From: Malacoraja senta
Lineage: Eukaryota
Length of the DNA: 64,000 nucleotides
Direction: 5' to 3'
NCBI GenBank assembly: GCA_038087875.1
Contig: JAXLNO010001544.1
Span: 1-64,000, forward strand
Part shown: piece after piece, positions 25,453 through 38,460 of the stretch
Position numbering within the stretch: position 1 is the first letter of the stretch
Layout of the letters: the number at the start of each line of letters is the position of its first letter
Made by a program: the position numbers and the translations under genes
The notes under the pieces: model-generated
The model's input: the letters and a program-made list of their open reading frames with translations, nothing else
Database searches by the model: none
What the model was told of the DNA's origin: nothing

Positions 25453-28400
25453 CACTAAGCTCTGCCTCAGGGAGTTGTACAAGCTAGACCATTTGACGTT
25501 CTTAAGGTGGAGGTAGATAACCTTTTGAGGGATCGGGAGGATTGAGGGCGATTGTGCACAGAAGATGAGATGAGTTCTGGGCAGATCAGCCATGATCATA
25601 TTGAATGGTGAGAGAAACATGAGGGGCCTGGTTAGGAATTACCTACTTCTCTTTGTAGTGTGATCAAAAAAGTGAACCAAAATTAAAAATAATTGCAGAA
25701 GCATTAAAGGCATGATGAGGGGAAAAGATTAGCAGAGAGTGGGAGGGGTTGAGAAGTAGCTGCTTGAGCGAAACTGGATGACGGATGCTGAGAGAATTTT
25801 TGAATGGAAGGCTCTATGGATTGGTTCTCCCCAGCCTCGTGCTTCATGTGAGCTTTAGAAATGATTCTTTTGATTTGAAAATAAAATACCAAATTTATGA
25901 AGCTTGCAGTTATTATCAAAAAATGGCAGTGTTACTGATAGTGAAGAAGAATGTTTGCAGCCACAGGAGGGCAGCACTAGATTGTCCATTGATTGGGTGG
26001 CATGTGGATTTCAATCCAGAGGAGTGTGAAGTGATAGATGGACACAACATGCTGGAGTAACTCAGTGGGTCAGGCAGCATCTCTGGAGAAAAGGATTGGT
26101 GACATTTCGGGTCGAGACCCTTCTTCAGACCAACTTCAGACCTTCTTCATGTCTGAAGAAGGGTCTAGACCCAAAATGACATCTGTTCCTTTTCCCCAAA
26201 GATGCTTCCTGACCTGCTGAGTTACCAGAACATTTTGTTTCTATCTCCAATGTAAACTTCCAACAATCTTTGTCTGTTCCGCTGCAAAATGTCCTCAAGG
26301 TATGCCTATTTCGAAGAGGCTCTCCTCTGATGGGAGTTCTGCAACACCCTTTCCCGCTGCTACTCCTCTGTGGCTCTGAAGAAGGGTCTCGTCCTGAAAC
26401 GTCACCTATTCCTTTTTTCCAGAGTTGCTGAGTTACTCCAGTATTTTGTGTCTACCTTCGGTGTAAATCAGCATCTACAGTTCATTCCTATACACAGGGA
26501 AGTGATAGATTTTGGGCAGGGCCAACTTGGTTAGTTCCTTCTAGCCAAACCCCCTGATCGCATCAGGGCATTCTGGATCAGAGCATACCACCACTCCTTT
26601 GGGATAGGCATTAGAGAGCAACTGGACACTGGAAGATCCTGAAAAGATAAGACTATTGTTTAACATCAGTGGTGAGTAAAGGCATTTCTGGCATGAATGA
26701 TAGATTGGGTGCCATGAATAATTAATTTACATATACCACCAAATGATGTTCAATATAACTGGGATGACATGCGTTAAGAAGAGAGTGGTTTGATATTGAT
26801 GGATCTAAAATATATGGCGACATATTTTCCCTCAATAAATTCCATCTTCCATAGTCTGGCCACTCAATGCCTCAGCCTGTATCTTTGCAATTTGCATGAC
26901 ATCCTCTGCTTCCTAATTCAGTCGTGTCTGTAAACATGGAACATCATGTGAACAAGTGTGAACATCATCCGGTCACTGTCTAAACTATGAACTGAGTTTC
27001 ACTCGCCACTTTGCTGCCTGACCCGCTAAATGCTTCCAGGATTTTCCTTCAGATCTGATTTTGATTTTATATATAACTCTGAATTCTCCCATCAGGTTAA
27101 AAGTGCAGATCCCTCAGGATTACCAAGGATTGCCATTTGACACACTCAGCGAAGCATGGAACTTCTCTGTCTCTTGTTTTGCAAAGTTACGTCATATTTT
27201 GTGTGTTCACATTTTTGGAACCTAATGAAATCCTTTCTACAAATTAAACGGAGGCAATATCCACAAACGTTTCATCATCATCACTGACAATGAGGGAGAA
27301 GTTGTCGTCTTCAAGCCATATTACTGAGCTCTCTATCTCCTTCCCCTATGTCTGTGAAAAAGACTGTGAATGCTGACAAGACTCTCAACTGTTCATGTAC
27401 CAAGTCTCACATTTCTGCTCTCATTCCCTCTCAATCCACCCAAAACAAGGATAGGGGTCCCCTTGTCCTCATCTCCCACCTCTGTCAGTTACACATTGTT
27501 AATGAGGGTTTTCCCACAGAGCAATTGTGGCAAAGAACCTTGGCTTAGAATAGCAGATTCCCACTAGTCACAGACCTCCAGCCAGAATATCTTCCTTCCA
27601 CGTCCCTGTGTCTTCTATGATTAAGCCATTTCTGAATGCATATGACCAAGTCATCGTGAATTCCAGAAATCTTACATTTCTGGATCAGCTTATCATGAGA
27701 GAACTTATCAAAAGCCTTACTAATATCCATGTCTACAACATCCACTGCCTAACCTTCATCAATTAATAGTGCAATTCCTCCAGTACATTTACCTCCCTCT
27801 CTACCACACCTGAAACATCAAAAACCTGGAACATTAAGCTGTAAGTTATGTCCAGTTTGATAGCTTTGATATCTGTAGATCCTACATACTGAATAGGTTC
27901 TATATCAGTTCTTAAACTAATTCATTATCTATTTCTAGGCTTACTAATTCGGATAACAATATTGATTAGTACGGTATCAGAGGTTATGGGGAGAAGGCAG
28001 GAGAATGGGGTTGGGAGGGAGAGATAGATCAGCCATGATTGAATGGTGGAGTAGACTTGATGGGCTGAATGACCTATTTCTGCTCCTATCACTGATCACT
28101 TATGATCTTATGATATGATATTCATTTAGTTTGAGGTTTTTGCTAGATCTCCATGTGCGGGCAGTAGAGGGTCAGGAAGTGGTAATGGTGATTGGCATTT
28201 CAGTGGGAGAACATTTTTGGAACAGTGTTCACAACTCCATCAGATTTTTAAGATAGTTCTGAATAAGGATACGTCTGGACTGGGGGAGAGCAAATTACAA
28301 CACTATTGCTCACCAAATAGAGAGAGTAATTTGGGAGCAGCTGTTCTTGGGTCAGTCCACATCTAACGTGGGAGTCATTTGAAGACCAAAGTTCAAGACT

Positions 28401-29261
28401 GGTATGAGTAGGAAGGAATTGCAGATGCTGGTTTAAAGCGAAGATAGACACAAAAAGCTGGAGTAACTCAGCAGGGCAGGCCACATCTCTGGAGAGAAGT
28501 AATGGGTGACATTTTTTGGGTCGAGACCCTTCTTCAGACTAGTTAGGGATAAGGGAAACTAGAGATATAGATGATGATGTAGAGAGATAATGAACAATGA
28601 ACGAAAGATATGCAACAAATAACGATGATAAAGGAAACAGGCCATTGTTAGCTGTTTGTTAGGTGAAAACGAGAAGCTGGTGCGACTTGGGTGGGGGAGG
28701 GATAGAGAGAGATGGAATGCTGGGGTTACTTGAGACTGGTATGTTCCATAAGGAGAAGAGAATGAATGGGAGGCAGGCAACAAAACTTTGTAAATTTGGC
28801 CAAAAAGGAAACAGAAGCATTTGTAATATGTAGGAAGATGAAATCAGACAGAAACTTTAAGGAATATAAAGAAAGCAGGAATGAACTAAAGCAAGGAAGT
28901 AGGATGACCAAAGGGGACATGAAATGCCCCAGACAAGCAGAATTAACAACAATCCCAAGGCATTTAATACACACATTTAAACAAGTGGGTTACTAGCGAG
29001 AAGATAGGATCACACGGTGCAAAAGGAGAGATTTTATGCTTGGAGTCAGAGGATGCAGGTGAGGTACTAAAGGAGTACTTTGCATCAGTATTCAACAAGG
29101 AGAAGGACATGTAGGAGAGTGAGATCAGTGGGGTTCAGCTCCTATGCCAGTACGTTTACAAATAACACAAAAATGTATGGGGTTGTGGACAGTGAAGAAG
29201 GCTGCCAGAAGATCCAGCAGATTATATATACATTAACACTATCCAACACACATTAGGGACA

Positions 29262-29468
29262 ATTTTACATTGATACCAAGCCAATTAACCTACAAACCTA
29301 TATGTCTTTGGAGTGTGGGAGGAAACCAAAGATCTCAGAGAAAACCAACCCGGTCACGGGGAGAACGTACAAATTCGGTACAGACAGCATCCGTAGTCAG
29401 GATCAAACCCGGGTCTTAGGTGCTGTAAGCTCTGTAAGGCAGCAACTCTACCGCTGCACCACCATGCC
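29262..29468 (-). mobile_element. tRNA-derived SINE (same family)
   Basis: Reverse complement of the 25142 element head and core. Confidence 0.75.
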
Positions 29469-29874
29469 ACTCTTAAACATTAGGTTTAAGAAGAGAAAAA
29501 TTTAAAGAAGATAGAAAGCCATTTTTTTAAACTATATTTAGGCACCTGGAATGTACTGTCAGTGGTGATTGTGGATACGATTGTAGCATTTAAGAACCTT
29601 TTAGATAGGCAAGTAATTATGCAGGAAATGGAGGGATGTGCAGGCAGAAGAGATTAGTTTAAGAAGGCAGCATGTTCAGCGCAGACATCATGGGTCGTAG
29701 GGCCTGATGTTGAAAGTTGGAAGTTCTTGCTGTTACACTCTGTTTTTCTTACAACTGCATCCTCCGTACAAATTTCCCCAAATGGAGCAGAATTGTACTG
29801 CAGATCAAGCTTTAAGCCAATGGTCCACATCCAATACAAGAGCAATAGGCTTATAATGGTGGGGGATTTATACT

Positions 29875-31310
29875 TAGACAATAGACAACAGACAATAGAC
29901 AATAGGTGCAGGAGTAGGCCATTCGGCCGTTCGAGCCAGCACCGCCATTCAATGTGATCATGGCTGATCATCCCCAATCAGTACCCCGTTCCTGCCTTCT
30001 CCCCATATCCCCTGACTCCGCTATTTTTAAGAGCCCTATCTAGCTCTCTCTTGAAAGCATCCAGAGACCCTGCCTCCACCGCCCTCTGAGGCAGAGAATT
30101 CCACAGACGCACCACTCTCTGTGAGAAAAAGTGTTTCGTCGTCTCCGTTCTAAATGGCTTACTCCTTATTCTTAAACTGTGGCCCCGGGTTCTGGACTCC
30201 CCCAAAATTGGGAACATGTTTCCTGCCTCTAGCGTGTCCAAACCGTTAACAATCTTATATGTTTCAATGAGATACCCTCTCATCCTTCTAAACTCCATAG
30301 TGTACAAGCCCAGCTCCATAGTGTACAAGCCCATTCTCTCAGCATACGACAGTCCCGCCATCCCGGGAATTAACCTTGTAAACCTATGCTGCACTCCCTC
30401 AATAGCAAGAATGTCCTTCCTCAAATTAGGGGAATTTTAGGGGTTAAGGGTTAAGTGTTTGATAAGGGTTTGGACACGCTAGAGGCAGGAAACATGTTCC
30501 CGATTTTGGGGGAGTCCAGAACCAGGGGCCACAGTTTAAGAATAAGGAGTAAGCCATTTAGAACGGAGACGACGAAACACTAACTGCACACAATATTCCA
30601 GGTGTGGTCTCACTAGGGCGCTGTTCAACTGAAGAAGGACCTCTTTGATCCTATATTCGATTCCTCTTGTTATAAAGGCCAACATGCCATTCGCTTTCTT
30701 CACTGCCTGCTGTACCTGCATACTTACGTCCATAGACTGATGAACAAGGACCCCCTGATCCCGTTGTACTTCCCCTTTTCCCACTTGACGCCATTTAGAA
30801 ATCTGCCTTCCTGTTTTTGTAACCAAAGTGGATAACCTAACATTTATCCGCATTAAACTTCATCTGCCATGCATCTGCCCACTCCCCCAACCTGTCCAAG
30901 TCACCCTGCATTCTCATAGCATCCTCCTCACAGTTCACACTGCCACCCAGCTTTGTGTCATCTGCAAATTTTCTAAAGTTACTTTGAATCCCTTCATCCA
31001 AATCATTGATGTATATTGTAAATAGCTGCGGTCCCAGCACCGAGCCTTGCAGTACTCCACTAGTCACTGCCTGCCATTCTGAAAGCGACCCGTTAATTCC
31101 TACTCCTGTCTGCCAACCACTTCTCTATCCATGTCAGCACTCTACCCCCAATACCATGTTCCCTTATTTTGCCCACTAATCTCCTATGTGGGACCTTATC
31201 AAATGCTTTCTGAAAGTCCAGGTACATTACATCCACTGGCTCTCCCTTGTCCATTTCCCTAGTTACATCTTCAAAAAATTCCAGAAGATTAGAAAAGCAT
31301 GATACTTCTC
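29875..31310 (-). mobile_element. CR1 RT/3' part with an internal inverted templated insertion
   Basis: ORFs 31093-31338, 30837-31067, 30536-30853 and 29978-30424 on the minus strand. Tail at 29875-29905. Confidence 0.88.
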
Positions 31311-32009
31311 CAATATTGACTGAAAGTGCATATTGCAAAGGGTTTTAATGGGGAAGAATTAATAAAGTGCACCCGGGAGAGATCAGCCAATGTGTAGATA
31401 GTCCTATTAGCTGTACTGGACCTAATCTTGGGCAATAAGGCTGGGCTAATGGTAGCAGTGTCCCTGGAGCATGGAGACACAAGAGATGGCAGATATTGGA
31501 ATGTGGAGCAATAAACAAAATGCAGGAGGAACGTGGCAGATCAGGGAACCACTGGTAAGGGAAATGGACAGTTGAAGTTTGGGGTCCAGACTGGTCCACA
31601 TATGCTGCCTGACAAGCTGAGTTCTTCCAGGAATTTTTATTTTTAACAATGTATCTTTTTATTGGTGTTATTTTGCTGGTGTTATTTTATTGTTGTTATT
31701 TTATTGATATTATTTTGCTTTAAGTTTCAAGACTGTTATGGAAAGGGAGAAAATTGGTGCGGAGGACAATGTCCTCCACACCAATTTCAATAAGAAATTG
31801 CCCGATTTCAATAAGACATCACCTGGCGGAAGTAGATTGGGAGCATTTGGTTGTAGGTAGAACAACATACAAATAGTGGGAGTCTTCTAATAGTGAGATT
31901 TGTGTAGTTTCAGAGCTAACGTTCCTGGAGAAGTGAAAAGTAAGGATAGTAGGATCAGGGAACACAAAGCGACCAGAGGCGTTGAGGATTTAGTTTAGTT
32001 TAGTTCAGT

Positions 32010-32295
32010 CATGTAGTGATACAGCATGGAAACAGGCACTTTGGAACACGGAGCCCATGCCGACCATCGATTACCCGTTCACATTAGTTCTATGTTATCT
32101 CACTTCTCATCCACCGTACATAATAGAGGCAATTTACAGAGGCCAACTAACCTACAAACTCACGTGTCTTTGGTATGTGGGAGGAAACCGGTGCACCCGG
32201 TGGAAACCCATGTGGTCACACAGGGAGAACATGCAAACGCCACACAGACAGCACCTGAGATCAGGATTGAAGCCGGGTCTCTGGCTCTGTGAGGC
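32010..32295 (-). mobile_element. tRNA-derived SINE (diverged)
   Basis: Reverse-complement similarity to the 25142 SINE (gtgggaggaaaccgg..., gaggcagcag). Confidence 0.65.
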
Positions 32296-33328
32296 AGCAG
32301 TCTTCATGCACAAACGTGGCACCCACATTTGATGAAGTAAAGCATTTGGCAGTCAAAATTAAGAAGAATCCCAAAGATTCAACAATTGTATTAGAGTAAG
32401 AGGGTAACCAGGGAAAGAGTAGGAGCCAAGGAAAGTGAGGGCTGTTGCAAAGAACAATGGGGACCCGGCATGGGGGGGGACTGCCGTGAGGGACGGTGGG
32501 AGAACAATGTGGGAACTGGTGTGCGGGGGAACTCTAGTTTTAGAATCCTCTTCTGCGTTTGTTTGTTTTGTTTGTTCGTTCGTTCTGGTTAAGGCGCTGT
32601 GCACACGGCAGCCAGCCAACAGTTGCTTGGCTTTTTCTTTTTTTTCACTTTAAATTTCAAGTATTTGTGTACCTTGTGTGTTGTGACTGTGGCAGACCAA
32701 TTTCCCTCCGGGGATGAATAAAATGTTATCGTATCGTATCGTAAAACTGCTGCCAGATGCTGTGAAGTTTTGTATCTTCTGCCCGAAGATACAAAACATG
32801 GGAGTGAATGGTCTTTCACTATGTTGGTTGCTTACCCGAGGCAGCGTGGGGTGTAGGGTAGAGTTATTGCCAAACTAGGCTGTGATGTAATCAATAGGAT
32901 GCTTTATGTGGTCCATGTGTAGTCATTGGTAAGAGTTGTTGGAAGCATGCTGAATTTCCTTAGTCTATCTAACTCTGCAACAGAATCTTACATATACTAA
33001 ATGAATGTTACTCGAACTGCCAGCTTTGTTCCTGATTTACTGCTCAGTTTAACACACTTTGTACAGTCAACAAGCACTTACATGGAGCAGGATTTAACCT
33101 TTGATATTCAGTGTTTGTACTTTTGAACTGTTGCTTTTACCAAAGGTATTGTTTGTCATTTCAGTGCAGAATGAAAGAGCGAAGCTCAGGAGAAAACAAA
33201 AGAGTTTACAAATTGAGGATACATGTGCAGAACATTCATAAATATCCAAGAGCTTTCATGCTGCCTTTCGTTTCAAATTATTTTTGCGGTTATCATCTGT
33301 TCTGATCTTTGGTTGTTATTACCCACAG

Positions 33329-33679
33329 GTCTAAAGGCAAACACATCCCTGATCCAATCCCCAGGAGCTCTGGTGGTGCGTGAAGGTGAAACAGTGGAGA
33401 TACGGTGTGTCCTGACCAGCACCAATGTGCTTAACACTGTGAACATATTCAACGTTCACTGGTACAATTCATATAATAGAAAAACAATACTTAGTCTTTA
33501 TGTGAATGGCCGCACTTACAGGTCACCGCGCTTCTCCAAGCGGTTTCAGCTTTCCAGGGACGACGCCAGTAACAGCTACTCACTGACCATCAGAGAGGTG
33601 GAGATTGCCGACTCTGCTAATTACATCTGTGGCCTTTGGGAGATATTATTTGGAAATGGAACCCAGCTGAATGTAACCA
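33329..33679 (+). CDS. Ig V-set exon V1 with germline-joined J-like segment
   Basis: Acceptor acccacAG|GT, 351 bp, phase 1-1, donor A|GTGAGT. SLIQSP...VEIRC...VHWY...RFQLSRD...LTIREVEIADSANYIC-GLWEILFGNGTQLNVT has the B-strand Cys, C-strand Trp, F-strand Cys and FGxG motif. Confidence 0.93.
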
Positions 33680-34598
33680 GTGAGTATTTAAATTGGTTCT
33701 ATTTCCAATCCTAATATCATGAGGAATCATGATGTCATGTTGTCAGTTTTACAGAGACAGACATCATTAGAAGTTCACACTGCAAAATGGAGAATGAAAA
33801 TAGGACACAATTATTTTTAAACTGAATAATGCAGATCACTCGTCACTGCGTTCTGAGACCAGGATGGAGAATGTAATTCGGCATTGCCAGAGACGTATAC
33901 ATAGTGTGAACAGATTAATGTAAAGAAATTACAGTATAGGTAGGTTAGTTCCTTCATTTATAATCACTTTGCTTGAGTTTACTTTATTGTCATGTCTACC
34001 GAGGTACAGTGAAAAGCTTTTGTTGCCTGCTAACCAGTCAGCGGAAAGACAATACCTGATTACAATCGAGCCATTCACAGATTATGCACAGTCACTATTA
34101 GTTGCACCATCTGCCACACTGAGATCAATTACTCGATAGTCAGCATGGGCTCAGTGGACTGAAGGACCTGTTTCCATGCTGGATCTCTACAATAAAGTAA
34201 ACTAAACATTACCACCTCAATGATCTCTGTACTATTTCCATACCCTCTTGTTCCTCCAATATACACAGATCTGCTTATCTCTGTGTAGAGAGCAACAAAG
34301 GACTAAATATACGACTAAACAAAGCTAAATGAAAAATGAAATCCTCATTGTGAGGCAACACCACCCAACACTGGAGAGATAGATAGAGATAGAGAGAGAG
34401 AGTGAAAGATAATCGTGAACAGGGAGAAAGTTGCAATCAGCAGCAATCATGAATTTAATATCAGATGCTAACCAAGTTAGCATCACTTTTACATGAGGTT
34501 ATCTAATGTCAAAGGATGAATGTATTTTAAGTTGAAACACACAAAGTATTTAGCAACCCCAACATTAGTGTTCATCTATTGATATTTTCCCTTCCAAG

Positions 34599-34943
34599 TT
34601 GCAAATCCTCCGATCCTGATCCAATTCCCGAGGCTGGAGCGTGTCACTGAGGGTCACATGGCACGGTTATGGTGCTCCATGGAGAACGCTGAAGTGGGAA
34701 ACACTGACGTCCACTGGTACCGTGAACTACCCGGGCAGGACATGGAGTGGGTTTTAACACACGAGGCAGGAGGCAGCGTACGAAGGAGACCAGGCTTCAC
34801 TGAGCGGTTCCAGCTGTTCAAAGACGCCTCCAACAGCAGCTTCATCCTGACGGTCACAAACGTGATGCTCAATGACTCTGCCGTCTATTACTGCACAGTG
34901 TGGGGAGATATCAGAGGGAATGGAACCCAGCTCAAAATAACCA
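34599..34943 (+). CDS. Ig V-set exon V2 with germline-joined J-like segment
   Basis: Acceptor cttccaAG|TT, 345 bp, phase 1-1, donor A|GTGAGT. ILIQFP...ARLWC...VHWYRELPGQDMEWVL...RFQLFKD...LTVTNVMLNDSAVYYC-TVWGDIRGNGTQLKIT. Confidence 0.93.
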
Positions 34944-35513
34944 GTGAGTACAAATTATATTTGTTTTTATTCACCTATGTGTAACTATGTGTAATTCACT
35001 TCCCTTAAATAGGCACATGTACTGAAAGATTAAAGAGATCATACTGGAGCTTAAGGTACAGGAGAGCAGGACTACAACTTGTCATGGCTTTAGATTAACC
35101 AATGCTGCCTCCTTATTGCAATGGCTCAATAGTTCTTTAATTGTAACATATGCAACTGTACAGTGAAATTCTTTTTGCATTTTACACATGCTGGCGCCGT
35201 GATGTTTTGCCACCATTATTCAAAGTGCAACGTCCAGTCATCCCACGAACTGACGTCCCTCCCTTCTCCTTGCCCAGCCATCTTTGTGTTCCGGGGTGCC
35301 TCCAGCAGCCTATCTGAAGGTGCTGGAGACATTTCCCTGGTTCAACCTCGCACCGGCCCTTGCTCCTTGTGTCTGAAGTCTCCAGCTTTCTCCCGGTCAT
35401 GCCAACCGATGAGCCTTTTGACGGGTTCCCAGTCCCGCCGACCGATGACCACTGATACTTGTACCACTCACAGAGCAGAGGCAACAACACTGTCGCTGGT
35501 GCCAAGGCCAGGG

Positions 35514-37146
35514 TGCTAAGGTTTATTTCTTAAAACAGACAACTCACAATATGTTAGACAAACCAACACAAGCTTTACTGATCATTTAGCCGGTGAGAGT
35601 GCCAAGGGATATAAAGTCAAGTATCCAACATATACTTAACCATCCTGGGCCATCACTCTAATCAACAAAGGAATACAGCATCATAAACAGCATATTTTTA
35701 TAGTATTTTGGAGATATAGTCACATGTTTAGGAGCAACACTGGCAAGTTTGCGGATGACACAAAGCTGGCACAAAGTGTGAACTGTGAAGAGGATGTTAG
35801 GAGGTTGCAGGGTGACCTGGACAGGTTAAGTACGTGGGCAGATGTGTGGTAGATGCAGTATAATGTAGATAAATGTGAGGTTATCCTCTTTGGCGGCAAA
35901 AACAAGGGGGCAGATTATTATCTCAATGTGGTTAGGTTAGGTAAGGGGGAGGTACAGCGACACCTGGGTGTCCTTGTACACCGGTCACTGAAAGTTGGCG
36001 TGCAGGTACAGCAGGCAGTGAAGAAAGCTAATGGAATGTTGGCCTTCATAACAAGAGGATGTCAGTATAGGAGTAAAGAGGTTCTTCTGCAGTTGTGTAG
36101 GGCTCTGGTGAGACCACATCTGGAATATTGTGTACAGTTTTGGTCTCCTAATTTGAGGAAGGACATCCTTATGATTGAGGCAGTGCAGCGTAGGTTCACG
36201 AGATTGATCCCTGGGATCAATCCCGTGACTAGGCTTGTATTTACTGGAGTTTAGAAGGATGAGGGGGGATCTTATAGAAACATATAAAATTATAAAAGGA
36301 CTGGACAAGCTAGATGCAGGAAAAATGTTCCCAATGTTGGGCGAGTCCAGAACCAGGGGCCACAGTCTTAGAATAAAGGGGAGGTCATTTAAGACTTTTT
36401 CACCCAGAGAGTTGTGAACTTATGGAATTCCCTGCCACAAAGGGCAGTGGAGGCCAAATCACTGGATGGATTTAAGAGAGAGTTAGATAGAGCTCTAGGG
36501 GCTAGTGGAGTCGAGGGATATGGGGAGAAGGCAGGCCCTGGTTATTTATAGGGGACGATCAGCCATGATCACAATGAATGGCAGTGCTGGCTCGAAGGGC
36601 CAAATGGCCTCCTCCTGCACCTATTTTCTATGTTTCTATGTTTATACACCAATGACGTTTAATACAAATCAATCACAGCTCTACCCATTCAAAGAATTCT
36701 TGCCACTCTTGTCATCCTGTGCTTCTATCAATCATAAACTGTTGATCACAAACATCGAAACAGGAACTTATTCAAGAAGCACAACATTTACAATTCCGTC
36801 TTAACAATGTAATCTTCGATTGTCAGCTACCAACCAGAAGGCTTCTGTTTATAGAAACTACCAACTCCAAAGGAAACACATCCTCTCTCAAGGCTTCTGT
36901 TTTCAGAAGCCAGCACCTTCTCAGGAAGTACATCCTCTCCCACCATTGAAATTTTTTTTTGCTTGGGCAAAACAGGAAGCAGCTTGAATGCAGTTTGAAT
37001 GCTGGCCTCCAATTTCCTGATCACCCAGCTCTTCTACAGCTGAGAATTACAAACCTTCAGTTTACTCAAAACCCAAAGAAGTCAAATTAATCTTTACTTA
37101 ATAAAATACCTTACATTATAATTTATTATTAACTAGAATCTTTTTA
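35514..37146 (-). repeat. ERV 3' LTR interrupted by a CR1 insertion
   Basis: Colinear with 53771-54479 once 35731-36637 is removed. Preceded on the minus strand by the polypurine tract AATAGAAGGGAA (37147-37158). Confidence 0.85.
35731..36637 (+). mobile_element. 5'-truncated CR1 inserted in the ERV 3' LTR
   Basis: CR1 RT C-terminus and tail, flanked by the 7-bp duplication ATGTTTA (35724-35730 and 36638-36644), which is single-copy in the 5' LTR. Confidence 0.88.
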
Positions 37147-37159
37147 TTCCCTTCTATTA

Positions 37160-38460
37160 TCGATTTTAACCATAACACTACAGTCCTTGGTTGGTACACA
37201 GTAAAGGCTTCAGACATTTCAGTACATAGATTAATACAACAATCAGTAGTACAATAAATCCATAGTGAATTAGCATTCCCCATATTCCTCCAAACATACT
37301 AAATGGCCACCATTCTCCACCTTTATTATCCATCTCTTCCCCTACCTCTGTAATCGTCTTTATTTCTCTGGTGATATGTGCTGCTAAATCTGTAATGTTC
37401 GAGGATTCATCGGGAATGTAAGTGCAGCATTCGTCCCCTATAATAGCACAAGTCCCTCCTATTGTCCTATAGGGCTATAGAGCAAAGTGCAACCCATTTC
37501 AGCCATCATGGATGAGAGGGCCTTTTGCTTGTAGGTAAAGGCATTCACAGTTTCATTAACCAATTTCTCCAATACAGAGGTCATATTAATCAATTCCCGT
37601 GATAGACAGGCTGTCCTGTAAAGTGGGAAAGCAATCATCCAGAATTGCTCTGACTCTGATATACTTCACTTAGCCCTCATCAGGAATATACAATTCAGTT
37701 AGATGTTACACAACTCACACGTGAGGGACAACAAAGGCCAAATAACAGCATCCCCTTCAGTTGTTGGTTGGCCTGATCAACCTTTCCCAGTTCTTCTTAA
37801 CCCCCGGTACATACCAGGTAACCATGGGTATGCCCAGAATCCACATACAAAATATGTCCCATTTATTGGACTCAGCGGTCACTAGCACTAACCTTGGTGC
37901 AGGTGCTGTTCCTCAATTTACTCCGTCGCTTCTTTTGTCACAATAACAGATAGTATTAACTGGGCTCTGGGGCAATTCACTAATTTAAGCCATGGTATTT
38001 CCCAAATCCTGGTCTCATTTACCTTCCATCCTGGCTTAAAATATGGGTCCTTGAGTTTGCCATTCTGAAGGCACCCATTAGTTGCTGTTTTATTGCGAAA
38101 ACAGTGTAAGGCCAGAATCTCAGTAGGTTAAGGGGTTTTGTCAAGAGGGGTATTTCTCCTCCACCATTATATGGGATGTGCGTACACAGCCAGCATACAC
38201 TTATTATCACGAAGGGCAATTTCAAAACTCATAATAAACAAATTATTTCCCCAAGTCCAGTCCATATGGTCCAACCCCAGAATAAAAAAAGCGGGTCAAT
38301 AGCCCCATTGTGCTTTCTTGGTTCTCTGATCCATTTACAGGCAATCAGATTTATCCTCTTCACGGCAGTTGATGTTGTTGGTACCACCTGCTGCAGTCCC
38401 TTTCAACACAGTCCCAATTTCTTCTGATCTCAGTGCCATATCAGTATTTAGTCTGATAGT
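37160..38460 (-). pseudogene. ERV env C-terminal part (TM subunit)
   Basis: Minus strand reads GGTCAIIGDECCTYIPDESSNITDL (CX6CC motif), followed by a hydrophobic anchor (about 37200-37290). The env N-terminus probably continues at about 49065-50100. Confidence 0.75.

Noticed and set aside
33223-33328. Upstream in-frame ORF extension of V1 as an internal signal peptide
   Set aside because: A good acceptor at 33327-33328 with a phase matching the 8659 leader explains it as open intron. An unspliced start cannot be fully excluded.
33329-34943. Rearranging TCR or Ig locus segments
   Set aside because: V and J-like parts are contiguous in single exons. No heptamer-spacer-nonamer RSS flanks them, no D/J cluster or C1 exon was seen, and the next exon found is a TM.
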